This document shows, one piece after another, positions 46,161-47,037 of a stretch of DNA of 47,037 nt. Under the pieces are notes generated by a model. That model was not told the DNA's origin. It saw only the letters and a list, made by a program, of their open reading frames with translations, and did not search any database. Each line of letters opens with the position of its first letter. Position 1 is the stretch's first letter. The stretch is taken from contig JBMYXZ010000001.1 in assembly GCA_049608925.1 (NCBI GenBank), forward strand, positions 1 through 47,037. Reading direction: 5' to 3'. The stretch comes from Alphaproteobacteria bacterium (GTDB lineage Bacteria > Pseudomonadota > Alphaproteobacteria > JAGOMX01). The position numbers were made by a program, and so were the translations under genes.

Positions 46161-46877
46161 TTATTCTGCTGCCGCAGCCGCTGGCTGTTGCCCATCTCCT
46201 GAAGCGACCGCTGCAGCAGCGGCTTCTTCTGTTGCTTCCGCTGCAACTGGGACTTCAGCCCCTTCAGCAGCTGCAGTTTCAACAACAGCATCAGGTGATG
46301 GCAAAGGCAATGGATTATCGCTTAACGTATTCAGATATGCAATCATATCTGCACGATCTTTCACTTTTTTCAATCCAGGAAACACCATTTTTGTCCCTTT
46401 AACCAGTCCTTGCGGCTTGTAAAGGTATTCATTTAGAGCGTTGAAATCCCACGACCCCGCAAAAGCAACCATCGCCTTTGAATAGGCAAATCCGGCAACC
46501 TGGGCTGCCTTAGTGCCAACAATACCATAAAGGTTAGGCCCAATAGGACTTGGTTGACCTTTTTGCATCGTATGACACTGCATACATTTCTTTGAGATTT
46601 TCTTGCCGCGTTCAATATCAGCACTTGCCAGAAGCGGCTCAACAGGTTCAATCGACGGCCCAGTGGCAGCCCCTGCAGCAACAGTTTGCCCAACACCTTC
46701 GATCACATATACATTTTTATCCAGAAATTTTGGCTCAATGAGAGAATCTGCAACAATGCTTGCAACCATCCCGGTTAACAAAGCAACCAGAATTGCCGCC
46801 ATTATTTTATTAGTCTCAAACCCATCCATTGAAAACTGCCAATGCCTCCAAAATATCGCTTTTTCTAAGGTTCGCAT
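46161..46877 (-). CDS. Membrane-anchored class I cytochrome c (CycM-like) with Ala/Glu-rich C-terminal tail
   Basis: Heme motif 'CMQCH', a distal Met in 'GTKMVFPGL', and an N-terminal anchor 'FETNKIMAAILVALLTGMVASIV'. The true start may be MDGFETNK at 46829. Confidence 0.85.
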   Translation of the reverse strand: MRTLEKAIFWRHWQFSMDGFETNKIMAAILVALLTGMVASIVADSLIEPKFLDKNVYVIEGVGQTVAAGAATGPSIEPVEPLLASADIERGKKISKKCMQCHTMQKGQPSPIGPNLYGIVGTKAAQVAGFAYSKAMVAFAGSWDFNALNEYLYKPQGLVKGTKMVFPGLKKVKDRADMIAYLNTLSDNPLPLPSPDAVVETAAAEGAEVPVAAEATEEAAAAAVASGDGQQPAAAAAE

Positions 46878-46934
46878 GTCTACGTTCCATAATATTATTT
46901 CAATTTATAATTTAACATTTTTTCATAAGCGTGA

Positions 46935-47036
46935 CTAGACGTAACTTGCGAGAGCTATCAACCCAATGCCCAGCAACACTCTATAGACCACAAAGACACT
47001 GTAATTACTGGATTGAACCCAGCGCATCATAAAGTG
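46935..47036 (-). CDS. 3' end of a gene running off the right edge; C-terminus resembles undecaprenyl-diphosphate phosphatase (UppP/BacA)
   Basis: Hand translation of the minus strand gives HFMMRWVQSSNYSVFVVYRVLLGIGLIALASYV*. The '..F..YR..LG' ending is reminiscent of UppP. Only 33 codons are visible. Confidence 0.4.
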   Translation of the reverse strand, partial: HFMMRWVQSSNYSVFVVYRVLLGIGLIALASYV

Positions 47037-47037
47037 A

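Noticed and set aside
516-46938. Many 60-170 aa ORFs in the six-frame track lie antisense to, or out of frame within, larger genes. Examples: 516-704, 1421-1690, 3606-3974, 4065-4586, 5555-5875, 6520-6918, 14051-14452, 20512-21006, 30955-31332, 41346-41792 and 46603-46938.
   Set aside because: Each is fully contained in, or heavily overlaps, a longer ORF with clear family motifs on the other strand or frame. Their translations are low-complexity or Cys/Arg/Ser-rich, as is typical of antisense frames, and none has a convincing SD or a recognisable motif.
1-47037. Searched for CRISPR arrays, IS or transposase genes, integrases, phage genes, toxin-antitoxin pairs and known defence-system genes.
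   Set aside because: None was found. There are no regularly spaced direct repeats, and no ORF has DDE, tyrosine- or serine-recombinase, or typical defence-nuclease or ATPase motifs outside the housekeeping genes listed.

Overview
This 47-kb window is almost fully coding and looks like a compact alphaproteobacterial chromosome. No database search was possible, so all calls rest on reading the translations and DNA by eye.

The taxonomic call rests on gene order:
- rpmF-plsX-fabH
- fdxA-carD
- hemC-hemD-(Mic60-like)-hemY-mutY
- comEC divergent from gltX
- hslVU
- a Hap 'host attachment' protein
- a membrane-anchored CycM-like cytochrome c
- yejABEF

Intergenic spacers are tiny, co-directional genes often overlap by 1-14 nt, and 6 of 8 convergent gene pairs overlap at their 3' ends. 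This fits a streamlined, possibly host-associated genome.

I support about 50 protein genes. Most are housekeeping: map, sfsA, cinA-like, usp, fumC, rnhB, gltX, tatD, asnB and others. I found no rRNA, tRNA, CRISPR array, transposase, integrase or phage gene.

The non-housekeeping content is seven singleton ORFs with N-terminal signal peptides and no recognisable family, scattered between core operons.

Best candidates for something new:
1. 7353-8489 is a secreted protein whose C-terminal half matches the CheD deamidase catalytic triad spacing (Thr -6, Cys 0, His +17), with no chemotaxis genes nearby.
2. 363-1553 is a secreted protein with two C-terminal 51-aa repeats carrying NLS-like 'PKKKKSRR' patches. 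The gene sits between diverged direct repeats of about 85-115 bp, next to a very AT-rich 'NYPNPF' sorting-domain fragment.
3. 15296-17146 is a 616-aa secreted orphan.
4. 24120-25526 is a Hap plus EEP-hydrolase two-gene operon.
5. 35729-38542 is a 937-aa periplasmic repeat protein at the end of a yejABEF-asnB array.

I did not find a convincing multi-gene novel system such as a defence island or biosynthetic cluster. The functional ideas above are motif-level inferences that need profile or structure searches.
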